Shown here: in pieces, positions 1 through 7,453 of the stretch
How the letters are laid out: each line of letters starts with the position of its first letter
Numbering within the stretch: the first letter of the stretch is position 1
Sequence record: MF765814.1
Reading direction: 5' to 3' (one strand)
Length of the DNA stretch: 24,000 bases
From: Bacillus phage Taffo16
Translations under genes and position numbers: made by a program
Notes under the pieces: generated by a model
The model's input: only the letters and a program-made list of their open reading frames with translations
Databases searched by the model: none
Told to the model about the DNA's origin: nothing

Positions 1-1
1 A

Positions 2-1138
2 GGTGAGGAACCTGATACTGCCAAATTTACCCTACCAAATGAAGAAGCAGCTATCATCAGTTTACGGGAACTTATAGAGAGTCCATCGTTCCAAGAATAC
101 GCGAGTGAGCATGCACTACCTTTTATAGTAGGTGTTGATGAAGTGGATACTCCTATCTATCTAGACTTGACAAAGCTCGTACATCTTATGATTGCAGGTA
201 CTACGGGTTCTGGTAAATCTGTATTTATGAATACGCTTATCATTTGTCTCATGGCTACGAACTCACCAGAGATGCTACGATTCGTCATGATTGACCCTAA
301 AATAGTTGAACTGGCTCAATATGAAGATATGGCGCATGTAGATGACATTGTAACGGATATGGAGAAAGCAGGGGCATCATTAAATAAGCTCGTAGAGGAA
401 ATGGAGAAGAGATATGAAACATTTAAAGATGCTGGGGTTAAAAATATAAAGGTCTACAATGAAGTAGCAGACTGTAAATTACCGTACATCGTATGTGTGA
501 TTGACGAATACGCAGACCTGCACGATACAAACCCACATGTAGAAGAATATGTCACACGACTAGGACAGAAAGCTCGTGCCGCTGGTATCCATTTAGTTAT
601 TGCTACACAAAGACCCGATTCAAAGGTAATCAGTGGACGTATCAAAGCAAATGTACAGAATGCCATTAGTTTCAATTTAAATAGTAATGTGGATTATAAA
701 ACAGTATTCGGTAAAGGTATAGGTAATACGACTCTTCTGGGTCGTGGAGATGGTGTTATGAGGATAGTAGCACACCCCAAAGAGTTCCAGCGGTTCCAGA
801 GCGCTATGGTTTCCCCTAATGAGGTGGAGGAGAGCAAGGTGTATCAAGGTATTCGAGATTACTTCAATGAGTTTAATCCAGAAACAATTAATATGGATGA
901 CTTCTATAAAGAGGTAACCGAGGAGCCATTGATAAAACTTAAAAAGATTATTGCTAGTACGAGGGAGACAAAGGTAGGTAAGCTAAGAGAACTAATGGGA
1001 ATCAAAGCAGAGGCACTGACAGAACTCATGGGACAGTTAGTAGAAGAAGGTTGGCTCGTTAAGCATGCTTCTAAGACAAAAGGCTATGAATTAATCATTC
1101 CAGAAGAGATGTTAAATGAATATAAAGGGGATTGGTAA
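2..1138 (+). CDS. FtsK/SpoIIIE-family DNA translocase (5' truncated by window edge)
   Basis: Frame is open from position 2 (GEEPDTAKFTLPNEEAAIISLRELIE...), upstream of the supplied GTG at 143. Walker A GTTGSGKS, Walker B-like YIVCVIDEYADL, HLVIATQRPDSKVISGRIKANV (FtsK-like) and a C-terminal winged-helix-like tail (KVGKLRELMGIKAEALTELMGQLVEEGWL). Confidence 0.92.
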   Translation, partial: GEEPDTAKFTLPNEEAAIISLRELIESPSFQEYASEHALPFIVGVDEVDTPIYLDLTKLVHLMIAGTTGSGKSVFMNTLIICLMATNSPEMLRFVMIDPKIVELAQYEDMAHVDDIVTDMEKAGASLNKLVEEMEKRYETFKDAGVKNIKVYNEVADCKLPYIVCVIDEYADLHDTNPHVEEYVTRLGQKARAAGIHLVIATQRPDSKVISGRIKANVQNAISFNLNSNVDYKTVFGKGIGNTTLLGRGDGVMRIVAHPKEFQRFQSAMVSPNEVEESKVYQGIRDYFNEFNPETINMDDFYKEVTEEPLIKLKKIIASTRETKVGKLRELMGIKAEALTELMGQLVEEGWLVKHASKTKGYELIIPEEMLNEYKGDW

Positions 1139-1167
1139 ATAAATTTTTAAAATAGGTATAAAAGTTG

Positions 1168-1196
1168 TTGACTAACAGTAAACATAGTAGTAAGAT
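1168..1196 (+). promoter_or_regulatory. repeat-family promoter P1
   Basis: TTGACT-17-TAAGAT within GTTGTTGACTAACAGTAAA. Confidence 0.75.
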
Positions 1197-1228
1197 AAGA
1201 GTAAGAAAACGAAAGGGAGCTAACTAAA

Positions 1229-1459
1229 ATGTGCAAATACTGTGAAATAACTGAACTTCGTAACGCAGAGCCTATCGAAGCAGAGTGGATTGAAATTAAA
1301 GTAATCGGGAATACACTAAACTTAGACTACTCCGCTTACTCTTGTGACTCAAGTTTTGAAGAGGCTGTTAAAATCAACTTCTGTCCAATATGTGGCAAGG
1401 AACTTGTAGAATTACCTGTCATAGAAGAGGAGGAGGAAGAAGAAGAAGATGATGAATGA
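1229..1459 (+). CDS. small putative zinc-binding protein
   Basis: MCKYCE...CPICGKEL: two CxxC pairs, acidic tail. SD AAAGGGAGC upstream. Confidence 0.8.
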   Translation: MCKYCEITELRNAEPIEAEWIEIKVIGNTLNLDYSAYSCDSSFEEAVKINFCPICGKELVELPVIEEEEEEEEDDE

Positions 1460-1558
1460 AAGGGGTGTTGCTTAACGGTTTTATAATAAAAGTAGAGTCC
1501 GAGATTTATAGTGGAGTTGGGTTAGTCAAACAAAACATAATCTGGGGAGGAACTTATA

Positions 1559-2239
1559 ATGAAAAACACAACTAAAAAATTCGCAATTGGTGGCGCTTTG
1601 GTAGCATCTTTATTAGTAGGAGCTATCGGGGGAGCGGGCGCAAGCAGTTATTTAAATGACAATACACAGGACTTAGTTAAATTCAAAGCATGGAGCAATG
1701 AATTAACTGACAAAGTTGTGTCTAAAACACAAGCCAACAAAGAACTACAAGCTTCTATTGCTAACCTAGAAAAAGCAAACAAAGAGTTGCAGGATGCAAA
1801 CCAACAAAAAGATGCGGAAATTGCAAAGTTAAATAATGAAATCTCTATCTTCGTAGCACAAACACAAGCGCTACAGAAAGAAATCGAGAATAAAAACGCT
1901 ACAATTGAAGACCTTACTAAGAAGGTAACGGCTCTAGAGTCACAGGTTAAAGGTCTTCAAGATAAAATCAATGGTTTAGAGAAAACAAATGCAGAACAAC
2001 AGGCTACTATTAAAAACCTACAAGATACTTTAACTGCTACGCAACAAGCATTAAAGAACACACAAGTCATCTTAGATGCAACAAAGAAAGAGTTAGATAA
2101 AGCGAACGCATCAGGTAAAGAGAAAGATAAAGAAATCGCAGAACTTAAAGCGAAGTTAAAAGAGTACCATGATGAAGTGGCTACACTTAAACCTTTACAG
2201 CAACAACAGGAAAAGAAAGTTAAAGATTCTGAGAAGTAA
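1559..2239 (+). CDS. membrane-anchored or exported coiled-coil protein
   Basis: N-terminal Lys-rich plus hydrophobic segment (KKFAIGGALVASLLVGAIGGAGA), then a long heptad-like Lys/Glu/Gln/Leu coiled coil. SD GGGGAGGAAC. Confidence 0.85.
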   Translation: MKNTTKKFAIGGALVASLLVGAIGGAGASSYLNDNTQDLVKFKAWSNELTDKVVSKTQANKELQASIANLEKANKELQDANQQKDAEIAKLNNEISIFVAQTQALQKEIENKNATIEDLTKKVTALESQVKGLQDKINGLEKTNAEQQATIKNLQDTLTATQQALKNTQVILDATKKELDKANASGKEKDKEIAELKAKLKEYHDEVATLKPLQQQQEKKVKDSEK

Positions 2240-2246
2240 GTTAGGG

Positions 2247-2275
2247 AGGGGAGCTTTCGGGTTCCTCTTTTATAA
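2247..2275 (+). terminator. possible Rho-independent terminator after coiled-coil gene
   Basis: GAGG(GG)..(TT)CCTC stem with GU pairs, followed by TTTTATAAAAA. Confidence 0.5.
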
Positions 2276-2284
2276 AAATAGTTG

Positions 2285-2313
2285 TTGACTTTAAGTAAAT
2301 GATAGTGTAATAT
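2285..2313 (+). promoter_or_regulatory. repeat-family promoter P2
   Basis: TTGACT-17-TAATAT within GTTGTTGACTTTAAGTAAATGATAG. Confidence 0.85.
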
Positions 2314-2339
2314 AAAAGTATAAGATAAACAAGGAGCTG

Positions 2340-2675
2340 TTGAAAGTGAAACATAAAAAGAAAATAATGGGTGCATGTGTAGCGACTATGTGTGCTTGTA
2401 GTTTTGGTCTAGGTTGGGGGTATAATCAAGTACAGCATGAACGTAAAGAAGAGGTGAGAAATGAGGCAATCAAGAATACACCGAGAAATGTTGAGTATGA
2501 AGTAGCTTCAATAGAAGGGGATGAGTACTTAGCTATAGGTAACGAATTCGATAAATATGGTATGCGACAAGGTATAAAGCTAACACCTCAACAAGTAGGG
2601 AAGTGTCTAGAAATTGGGGATAAAGTTGTAGGTGTATGGGAAGGTAAAAACTTAGTTAATGTAATTGCAAAATAA
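2340..2675 (+). CDS. small membrane or exported protein
   Basis: TTG start after AAGGAGCTG; MKVKHKKKIMGACVATMCACSFGLGWGYN N-terminal hydrophobic segment. A start at GTG 2346 is an alternative. Confidence 0.75.
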   Translation: MKVKHKKKIMGACVATMCACSFGLGWGYNQVQHERKEEVRNEAIKNTPRNVEYEVASIEGDEYLAIGNEFDKYGMRQGIKLTPQQVGKCLEIGDKVVGVWEGKNLVNVIAK

Positions 2676-2689
2676 AGGAGAGGGTTAAA

Positions 2690-2872
2690 GTGAAAGTTAA
2701 AAAGAAATCAGGAAAACCGTTTAAATCAGGGAATAAGGTGAATACAGTAATAGGTATTATTCACCATCCAGAAGTTAAAGGAGAGAAAGCATACATCTTT
2801 AAAGAGGATGCTTCCTATGTGAGTGTAGCGATGTGCGAAGAAGTGAAAGAGGGTGATACAGTTGAAGAATAG
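2690..2872 (+). CDS. hypothetical protein
   Basis: SD-like GGAGAGGG upstream; in tight operon with neighbours. Confidence 0.65.
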   Translation: MKVKKKSGKPFKSGNKVNTVIGIIHHPEVKGEKAYIFKEDASYVSVAMCEEVKEGDTVEE

Positions 2873-3365
2873 AAAACCAGCTATCATCGGTTTAGTTGTC
2901 GTAGGTCTGTTCACAGGATATCATACGTTCTTTGGGAAAGCTAAGACTGTTACAAATGTAGCGAGTATGCCGTACACTGAGATGGATAAACGAGCTAACC
3001 AGTATCAGATTGATGAATTAAAGTACGAAAAGAATAAAGCAGACTTTATTGAAATTTTAGACTATTTAGTATCATTCGAAAATATGGGTTACTTCAATAT
3101 GAAATGGGATATCCCGGATAAGTACACGGTAGTTTTATCATTAGATATTGACAATGCAGCTAGAGTCCATAATGGTACTGCTGTACAGGTGTATGAAATC
3201 GTGAGAGCGAATAAGGATAACTTCGGATATTATTTACAGGCTTTTAATAATACGTTCCATAATGGGAAAGCTAAAGAAGGAGACTTAACTCTCATCATAA
3301 CAAATAAACAGGGTAAAGAGATTGCTCGTACACAAAAGCTATTAGAATCGGGCGCTCGACAGTAA
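2862..3365 (+). CDS. small secreted or membrane protein with N-terminal TM
   Basis: MKNRKPAIIGLVVVGLFTGYHTFFG. I prefer TTG 2862 over GTG 2853; overlaps upstream gene. Confidence 0.75.
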   Translation: MKNRKPAIIGLVVVGLFTGYHTFFGKAKTVTNVASMPYTEMDKRANQYQIDELKYEKNKADFIEILDYLVSFENMGYFNMKWDIPDKYTVVLSLDIDNAARVHNGTAVQVYEIVRANKDNFGYYLQAFNNTFHNGKAKEGDLTLIITNKQGKEIARTQKLLESGARQ

Positions 3366-3377
3366 GGAGACAATGCT

Positions 3378-3476
3378 ATGGTATATATGGATTCTCACAC
3401 AGGAATGGTTATAATGGCGATAGGAGTCATTATAATGGGGTACTTAATGTTCTGGTTCCTCAACAAAATGAAATGA
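3378..3476 (+). CDS. single-TM micropeptide (32 aa), missed by ORF length cutoff
   Basis: MVYMDSHTGMVIMAIGVIIMGYLMFWFLNKMK*. AAGGAG SD 5' of ATG, directly follows the upstream gene. Confidence 0.6.
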   Translation: MVYMDSHTGMVIMAIGVIIMGYLMFWFLNKMK

Positions 3477-3503
3477 CGTGTGAGATTTTTTTAAAAATAG
3501 TTG

Positions 3504-3532
3504 TTGACTTTAAGTAAATGGTGTAATATTAT
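3504..3532 (+). promoter_or_regulatory. repeat-family promoter P3
   Basis: TTGACT-17-TATTAT within ATAGTTGTTGACTTTAAGTAAA. Confidence 0.85.
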
Positions 3533-3557
3533 TAAGGTAATGAGAGGGAGGATACAA

Positions 3558-3797
3558 ATGAGTAATAAAGGTGGACTGTATAAGTATGAGTTTTACGACC
3601 CAGAAGTAGAAATAAATGGGCTACTACTAGCTAAAAACGATGAAGATGCACAAAAGAAAGCTAACGCGCTGTTGTACATCACACATCCCGATGAAGAAGA
3701 AACATTACCAACAGTAGAACATGTACTGGATATGGATAAGTTCGAAACTTTAGTTGTAACAGGTTCAGTTGAGACTTATTATGATGACTGGGACTGA
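3558..3797 (+). CDS. hypothetical acidic protein
   Basis: MSNKGGLYKYEFYD... Start moved to ATG 3558 (SD GGGAGG); the supplied start at 3501 lies inside the promoter. Confidence 0.8.
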   Translation: MSNKGGLYKYEFYDPEVEINGLLLAKNDEDAQKKANALLYITHPDEEETLPTVEHVLDMDKFETLVVTGSVETYYDDWD

Positions 3798-3816
3798 AAA
3801 AGTTTAAAAATAGTTG

Positions 3817-3845
3817 TTGACTTTAAGTAAATAGTATGATAAGAT
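3817..3845 (+). promoter_or_regulatory. repeat-family promoter P4
   Basis: TTGACT-17-TAAGAT. Confidence 0.85.
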
Positions 3846-3885
3846 AAAGACAGTTAAGAAAAACAATTACTAGGAGGAAATACAA

Positions 3886-4026
3886 ATGAATAAAGAAGAT
3901 TGGTGTCATAACTGCGACAATCACTTTGATGACTGCGAGTGCTGGGAATGTGAAGAGTGTGGAGATGTAGTAGAAGATGGAGAAACTTTATGCGAGAATT
4001 GCAAGGAGGAAGAAGACGATGAGTAA
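3886..4026 (+). CDS. Cys-rich micro-protein (46 aa), putative zinc binding, missed by ORF length cutoff
   Basis: MNKEDWCHNCDNHFDDCECWECEECGDVVEDGETLCENCKEEEDDE*. SD TAGGAGG; stop overlaps next start (ATGAGTAA). Confidence 0.8.
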   Translation: MNKEDWCHNCDNHFDDCECWECEECGDVVEDGETLCENCKEEEDDE

Positions 4027-4177
4027 ACCAAAAGCATGTAGTGAAGTAAAAGAGTGTATCCTTTGTTTTAACGCAAATAAAGATGAAATCGAAAAGGTTC
4101 CAGTATTTACAGATAGAGATGGTAACGAAGGTGAGTTTGTAGAGTGGATGTGTAAAGAAGGAGAGGGGTGCTGCTAA
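4019..4177 (+). CDS. small Cys-containing hypothetical protein
   Basis: MSKPKACSEVKECILCFNANKDEIEKVP...CKEGEGCC. Start refined to ATG 4019, translationally coupled. Confidence 0.75.
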   Translation: MSKPKACSEVKECILCFNANKDEIEKVPVFTDRDGNEGEFVEWMCKEGEGCC

Positions 4178-4179
4178 TT

Positions 4180-4389
4180 ATGGAAGAGAAAGCAATGATT
4201 GGAAAAGGTGTACGAATTTACTCAATCATAGGAGAGAACGGGAGATACATGGTAGTAGGTGGTCTGCGCTTAAAAGGGAACAAAAAGCTAGTAGATGAGA
4301 TAGCGGAAGTACCTGCATCAAACATCGAAGAAGTAAAAGAAATCATTATGCGTGGAGAAATTAAAAAGTACAGCATTTTAGGAAAATAG
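4180..4389 (+). CDS. hypothetical protein
   Basis: MEEKAMIGKGVRIYSIIG... Start refined to ATG 4180; SD GAGAGGGG. Confidence 0.75.
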   Translation: MEEKAMIGKGVRIYSIIGENGRYMVVGGLRLKGNKKLVDEIAEVPASNIEEVKEIIMRGEIKKYSILGK

Positions 4390-4392
4390 TTG

Positions 4393-4421
4393 TTGACTTA
4401 AAGTAAAAGAGATGATAATAT
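4393..4421 (+). promoter_or_regulatory. repeat-family promoter P5
   Basis: TTGACT-17-TAATAT. Confidence 0.85.
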
Positions 4422-4447
4422 AAAGGTAACGAAAGGAGGTGGTGTTA

Positions 4448-4666
4448 GTGGAAAAAGAATTATTCTTAAATCAAAGTGCAGTAAACCCGCTAGGTACTAC
4501 ACAGGTGACTTCGGTTGACATCACATTCATCACATACACGAAAGAACAGGTTCTAGATAGGATTGACAGATTCGTTGATGTGTTCACAATGAACAGTGAG
4601 TTCTTAGGGCTTACAGATGTAAAACATTGGTTAACAGATTATGATGTAACGAAAGGGGAAAACTAA
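4448..4666 (+). CDS. hypothetical protein
   Basis: GTG 4448 preferred, SD AAAGGAGGTG; VEKELFLNQSAVNPLGTTQ... Confidence 0.7.
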   Translation: MEKELFLNQSAVNPLGTTQVTSVDITFITYTKEQVLDRIDRFVDVFTMNSEFLGLTDVKHWLTDYDVTKGEN

Positions 4667-4667
4667 A

Positions 4668-4892
4668 ATGTCAAATATTAATGTAAACATCACATATGTA
4701 ATAACAGGTTATGATGAGTTAAACGGTTCGACTCCTGTGTTATACGCAGGTCATGACGAACAGTTAGCGGAGGCTGCGGTTAAAACTTCTATCTTGTGCG
4801 ACTTTGAAAAAGAAGTGTGGCACAATGGACAGAAGGTACAAGTGTTATCGAAGTCTAGAATCGAAAGTAAGTGGGGTCTAAGAGAGGTCTAA
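4668..4892 (+). CDS. hypothetical protein; C-terminus truncated by 11-bp tandem duplication?
   Basis: MSNINVNITYVITGYDEL...KWGLREV*; stop lies within second copy of GGTCTAAGAGA. Confidence 0.75.
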   Translation: MSNINVNITYVITGYDELNGSTPVLYAGHDEQLAEAAVKTSILCDFEKEVWHNGQKVQVLSKSRIESKWGLREV

Positions 4893-5095
4893 GAGAGGAC
4901 AAGCTTAGAAAGATGTTAGTCGATGCATTAGAGGCTTCTAACAAGATGGTAGAGAAGTTAGATAAGGTTGAAAGGGTTAAGGGATTATTATGCAACCAAG
5001 AAAACCCAAACCTTACTGCGGATAATCTTAGGGATATATCTAACAATGTGAATACAATTAAACACATCATGGAGGACTTGTATGCACAATCGTGA
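4871..5095 (+). CDS. hypothetical protein, possibly the displaced C-terminal part of the 4668 gene
   Basis: GTG start lacks a good SD; ...REDKLRKMLVDALEASNKMVEKLDKVERVKG. Alternative ATG 4915. Confidence 0.55.
   Translation: MGSKRGLREDKLRKMLVDALEASNKMVEKLDKVERVKGLLCNQENPNLTADNLRDISNNVNTIKHIMEDLYAQS
4875..4896 (+). repeat. 11-bp perfect tandem repeat GGTCTAAGAGA x2
   Basis: Direct reading of sequence. Confidence 0.97.
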
Positions 5096-5423
5096 GATGG
5101 CAAATAACGGTACAGGCGGTTGTATCACTTGCCCGTTCGCTTATACGGATGATTCTGAACAGGCACAGAACTACGGGTGCTTACCTACAGAGTATGACAT
5201 TATCAAGATGAAAGAAGAGACAGGACATAACTGGGCATGTCATTATGATGAGACGATTATGTGTGGTGGGTTCATTACAGAGGTTAAGAGACGTAGACCA
5301 GACTTGGACTTGACTAAAGGTGGACTAATCTCGTATGATACATGGTATAAGGAAGGACAAGAAGCAGCTATTAGAGAAGCGGAGGAGAAGTTAAATGAAA
5401 AGATATCTAATATTCGGGTTTGA
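5082..5423 (+). CDS. Cys-rich hypothetical protein
   Basis: GGCITCPFAY...YGCLPTEYDIIKMKEETGHNWACHYDETIMCGGF; a later start at ATG 5097 is possible. Confidence 0.8.
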   Translation: MHNREMANNGTGGCITCPFAYTDDSEQAQNYGCLPTEYDIIKMKEETGHNWACHYDETIMCGGFITEVKRRRPDLDLTKGGLISYDTWYKEGQEAAIREAEEKLNEKISNIRV

Positions 5424-5661
5424 CCATTATTACCCTTGCGGTGGGTTTGACGACTTACAGGTGGTTACAGATGATTTGACAAAAGGTATTGAGTACATTA
5501 AGGAGCATCATGCGGATTTAGTTGAAGGATATATGTCAGGTAAGTGGGACAACTTCTACGTGTTTGATAGTGCGGCACATCAATGGTATGTAGCTCGCGT
5601 AGAACTAGCGACAGAGACAGTTTACTTAGAGGAAGAAGAGTTAGACTATAAAATATTATAG
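5395..5661 (+). CDS. hypothetical protein
   Basis: MKRYLIFGFDHYYPCGGFDDLQVVTDD..., overlapping arrangement. Confidence 0.75.
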   Translation: MKRYLIFGFDHYYPCGGFDDLQVVTDDLTKGIEYIKEHHADLVEGYMSGKWDNFYVFDSAAHQWYVARVELATETVYLEEEELDYKIL

Positions 5662-5672
5662 GAGGGAATACA

Positions 5673-5876
5673 ATGGGACTATTAAATAAAGGTGATTATA
5701 TTTTAGGTGGAGTAGGGCTATCACTTGTCCTTGTTGGAGTTGCTACAGTTAGTAATGGTTATACTATAACAGGAGTGTCATCAACTACACTAGGTGGTAT
5801 TGTGTTAGGTCTGGTAATTGGGATTAATTGGGCGGCGAAAGTATATCAAAATTTAGTGGAAAAGGGTGAGCTTTAA
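5673..5876 (+). CDS. small two-TM membrane protein
   Basis: MGLLNKGDYILGGVGLSLVLVGVATVSNGYTITGVSSTTLGGIVLGLVIG...; SD AGGAGGG. Confidence 0.8.
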   Translation: MGLLNKGDYILGGVGLSLVLVGVATVSNGYTITGVSSTTLGGIVLGLVIGINWAAKVYQNLVEKGEL

Positions 5877-6100
5877 TGGGAGTTAAAGAAATTAAAGAAA
5901 TGATGAGTAGCCCGGAAGCAAAACTTCACTTTGGACAAGTAGCAGAGAGAACTAAAGAAAATAAGATTCTTTTCTGCTACTATGTAGCTAGATTGCTAGA
6001 TGAAGAGGTTGAGTGTCCGTTTGAGGATATGTTACCGGAGAACTTACAAAAGGCTTATGAGTATTATGTAGAGAAGGAATACAAATTCTTGAACGAGTAG
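5876..6100 (+). CDS. hypothetical protein
   Basis: TAATG-type overlap with upstream stop. Confidence 0.75.
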   Translation: MGVKEIKEMMSSPEAKLHFGQVAERTKENKILFCYYVARLLDEEVECPFEDMLPENLQKAYEYYVEKEYKFLNE

Positions 6101-6111
6101 GAGGCATTATA

Positions 6112-6459
6112 ATGTTAAAATACATAAAAGATTACATCAAGTTGTTCTGGCACATCAACTTATGGGGTGGCGGTATCACACAAGCAGAGCTTAGAAGTAC
6201 GCACGAGTTAGCGAAAGCAGCTAATCCCTCGTATAGAGCTAGTATAGGTGGTACGTGGGAGCATGTAGTACATGTAACTCACAAAGGTTACGGAAATCGG
6301 TCTTTCTGGGTTCGTAAAGGGTATAGAGCGCCAACGGAGAGATTACTAGAAAGAGAAATATATGTGGATGGTAAGTTATATAAGACACAAAAACATGTTG
6401 ATGCGAACGTAAGCGGGAACGTGGGCGGAAATAGAATGGTTACTGAATACATTAAATAA
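6112..6459 (+). CDS. hypothetical protein
   Basis: MLKYIKDYIKLFWHINLWGGGITQAELRSTHELAKAANPSYRAS... Confidence 0.8.
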   Translation: MLKYIKDYIKLFWHINLWGGGITQAELRSTHELAKAANPSYRASIGGTWEHVVHVTHKGYGNRSFWVRKGYRAPTERLLEREIYVDGKLYKTQKHVDANVSGNVGGNRMVTEYIK

Positions 6460-6473
6460 TTGGGGGAATTATA

Positions 6474-6917
6474 ATGGAGAATATTATCTACGTTGGAGTA
6501 GTTAGAGATGACGATTGGAAAAAGAAGAATTTTTACATCGGTTCGGACTTTGAACGAGCTAAAGATATAGTACTTGCTGAGAGAAAAAGCGGTGTAGCTA
6601 TCGTAGAACTTTGGGTAGGACAAGCAGTTATTCAATCATTCCGTTACAACACGTATCACAAGGAGTGGGTTGAAGAAATTAACCTAGAGAGCCAATCTAT
6701 TAGTAATGCGAAAGATGCTATAGATAAACTTACAGATAGTTTAGGTAATTTAGGTATTGTTAGTGATGCTATTAGCGGACTAGAAGACCATGAATCTATT
6801 AGTATTCTTCTAGGTTCATTGAATAACCTTAGAGAAGCTTGCCTAGACCTATCAGTAAAAGCAAATGAGAGAGCAGCGAAGAAAGCAGATGGAGGTTTTT
6901 ACATTGGCAAAGACTAA
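6474..6917 (+). CDS. hypothetical protein
   Basis: MENIIYVGVVRDDDWKKKNFYIGSDFERAKDIVLAERKSG...; SD GGGGG. Confidence 0.8.
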   Translation: MENIIYVGVVRDDDWKKKNFYIGSDFERAKDIVLAERKSGVAIVELWVGQAVIQSFRYNTYHKEWVEEINLESQSISNAKDAIDKLTDSLGNLGIVSDAISGLEDHESISILLGSLNNLREACLDLSVKANERAAKKADGGFYIGKD

Positions 6918-7098
6918 GATTAGTAGCCCGGTAGATTTTGAGAAACTAGACACAGCGACATTATTTCAATATGCGTACTTGTATAAGAGTAGGTTGAAAT
7001 ACGGTAGCCCGATGATTGATTACTATACTAATATGCTAGAGTTGGTTAACTTTGAGATTGGTAGAAGAGCAGAATTATTTGAAAAGAGTTATAAATAA
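6904..7098 (+). CDS. hypothetical protein
   Basis: TTG 6904 (SD GATGGAGG) preferred: MAKTKISSPVDFEKLDTATLFQYAYLYKSRL... Confidence 0.65.
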   Translation: MAKTKISSPVDFEKLDTATLFQYAYLYKSRLKYGSPMIDYYTNMLELVNFEIGRRAELFEKSYK

Positions 7099-7102
7099 GT
7101 TG

Positions 7103-7131
7103 TTGACTTTAAGTAAATAATAGTTTAATAT
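7103..7131 (+). promoter_or_regulatory. repeat-family promoter P6
   Basis: TTGACT-17-TAATAT. Confidence 0.85.
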
Positions 7132-7164
7132 AAAAGTATAGAAAATAACAAGGAGGAAGTTAAA

Positions 7165-7374
7165 ATGAATAAAGGGATATTAATCGGAGGCTTTGCAGCA
7201 GTATTAGTAGGCGGAGTACTTATCAGTAATGGTCACACAGTTTTAGGAGGACTGGCTACGGTGCTAGGAGCTAACATGACAGGTTGGCTTGCTGGAGTTA
7301 AGAACTGCATCAGCCACTTAGCTAGAGAAGGACACCTAACAGACGACTGGCATGCTAAGTATAGCAAAAAATAA
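7165..7374 (+). CDS. small membrane protein, distantly similar to the 5673 product
   Basis: MNKGILIGGFAAVLVGGVLISNGHTVLGGLATVLGANMTGWLAG; shares the LVG.x.SNG.T motif with 5673-5876. Confidence 0.75.
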   Translation: MNKGILIGGFAAVLVGGVLISNGHTVLGGLATVLGANMTGWLAGVKNCISHLAREGHLTDDWHAKYSKK

Positions 7375-7395
7375 TGATATAAGTGTTGCAAAGTG

Positions 7396-7424
7396 TTGTA
7401 CACTGTTGGTTAATGTGGTACACT
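7396..7424 (+). promoter_or_regulatory. candidate promoter of a different type (TTGTAC-17-TACACT)
   Basis: TTGTACACTGTTGGTTAATGTGGTACACT upstream of the 7454 gene; coordinates approximate (+/-1). Confidence 0.5.
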
Positions 7425-7453
7425 AGACTCATATCTAATAAGGAGTTGATAGT

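Noticed and set aside
454-675. Minus-strand ORF inside the FtsK-like gene
   Set aside because: Fully antisense to a well-supported conserved CDS, no SD or promoter
2-1138. VirB4/TraG-type conjugation ATPase
   Set aside because: The TQRPDSKVISGRIKANV stretch and C-terminal winged-helix-like tail fit FtsK/SpoIIIE better, and no other conjugation genes are present
1957-2376. 139-aa minus-strand ORF
   Set aside because: Antisense to coiled-coil gene, low-complexity complement of Lys/Glu codons, crosses the P2 promoter
2726-2914. Minus-strand ORF
   Set aside because: Antisense to the 2690 and 2862 genes, no supporting signals
4855-5103. Minus-strand ORF
   Set aside because: Antisense to the split-gene region, no SD
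6288-6635. 115-aa minus-strand ORF
   Set aside because: Antisense across two plus-strand genes and their intergenic SD
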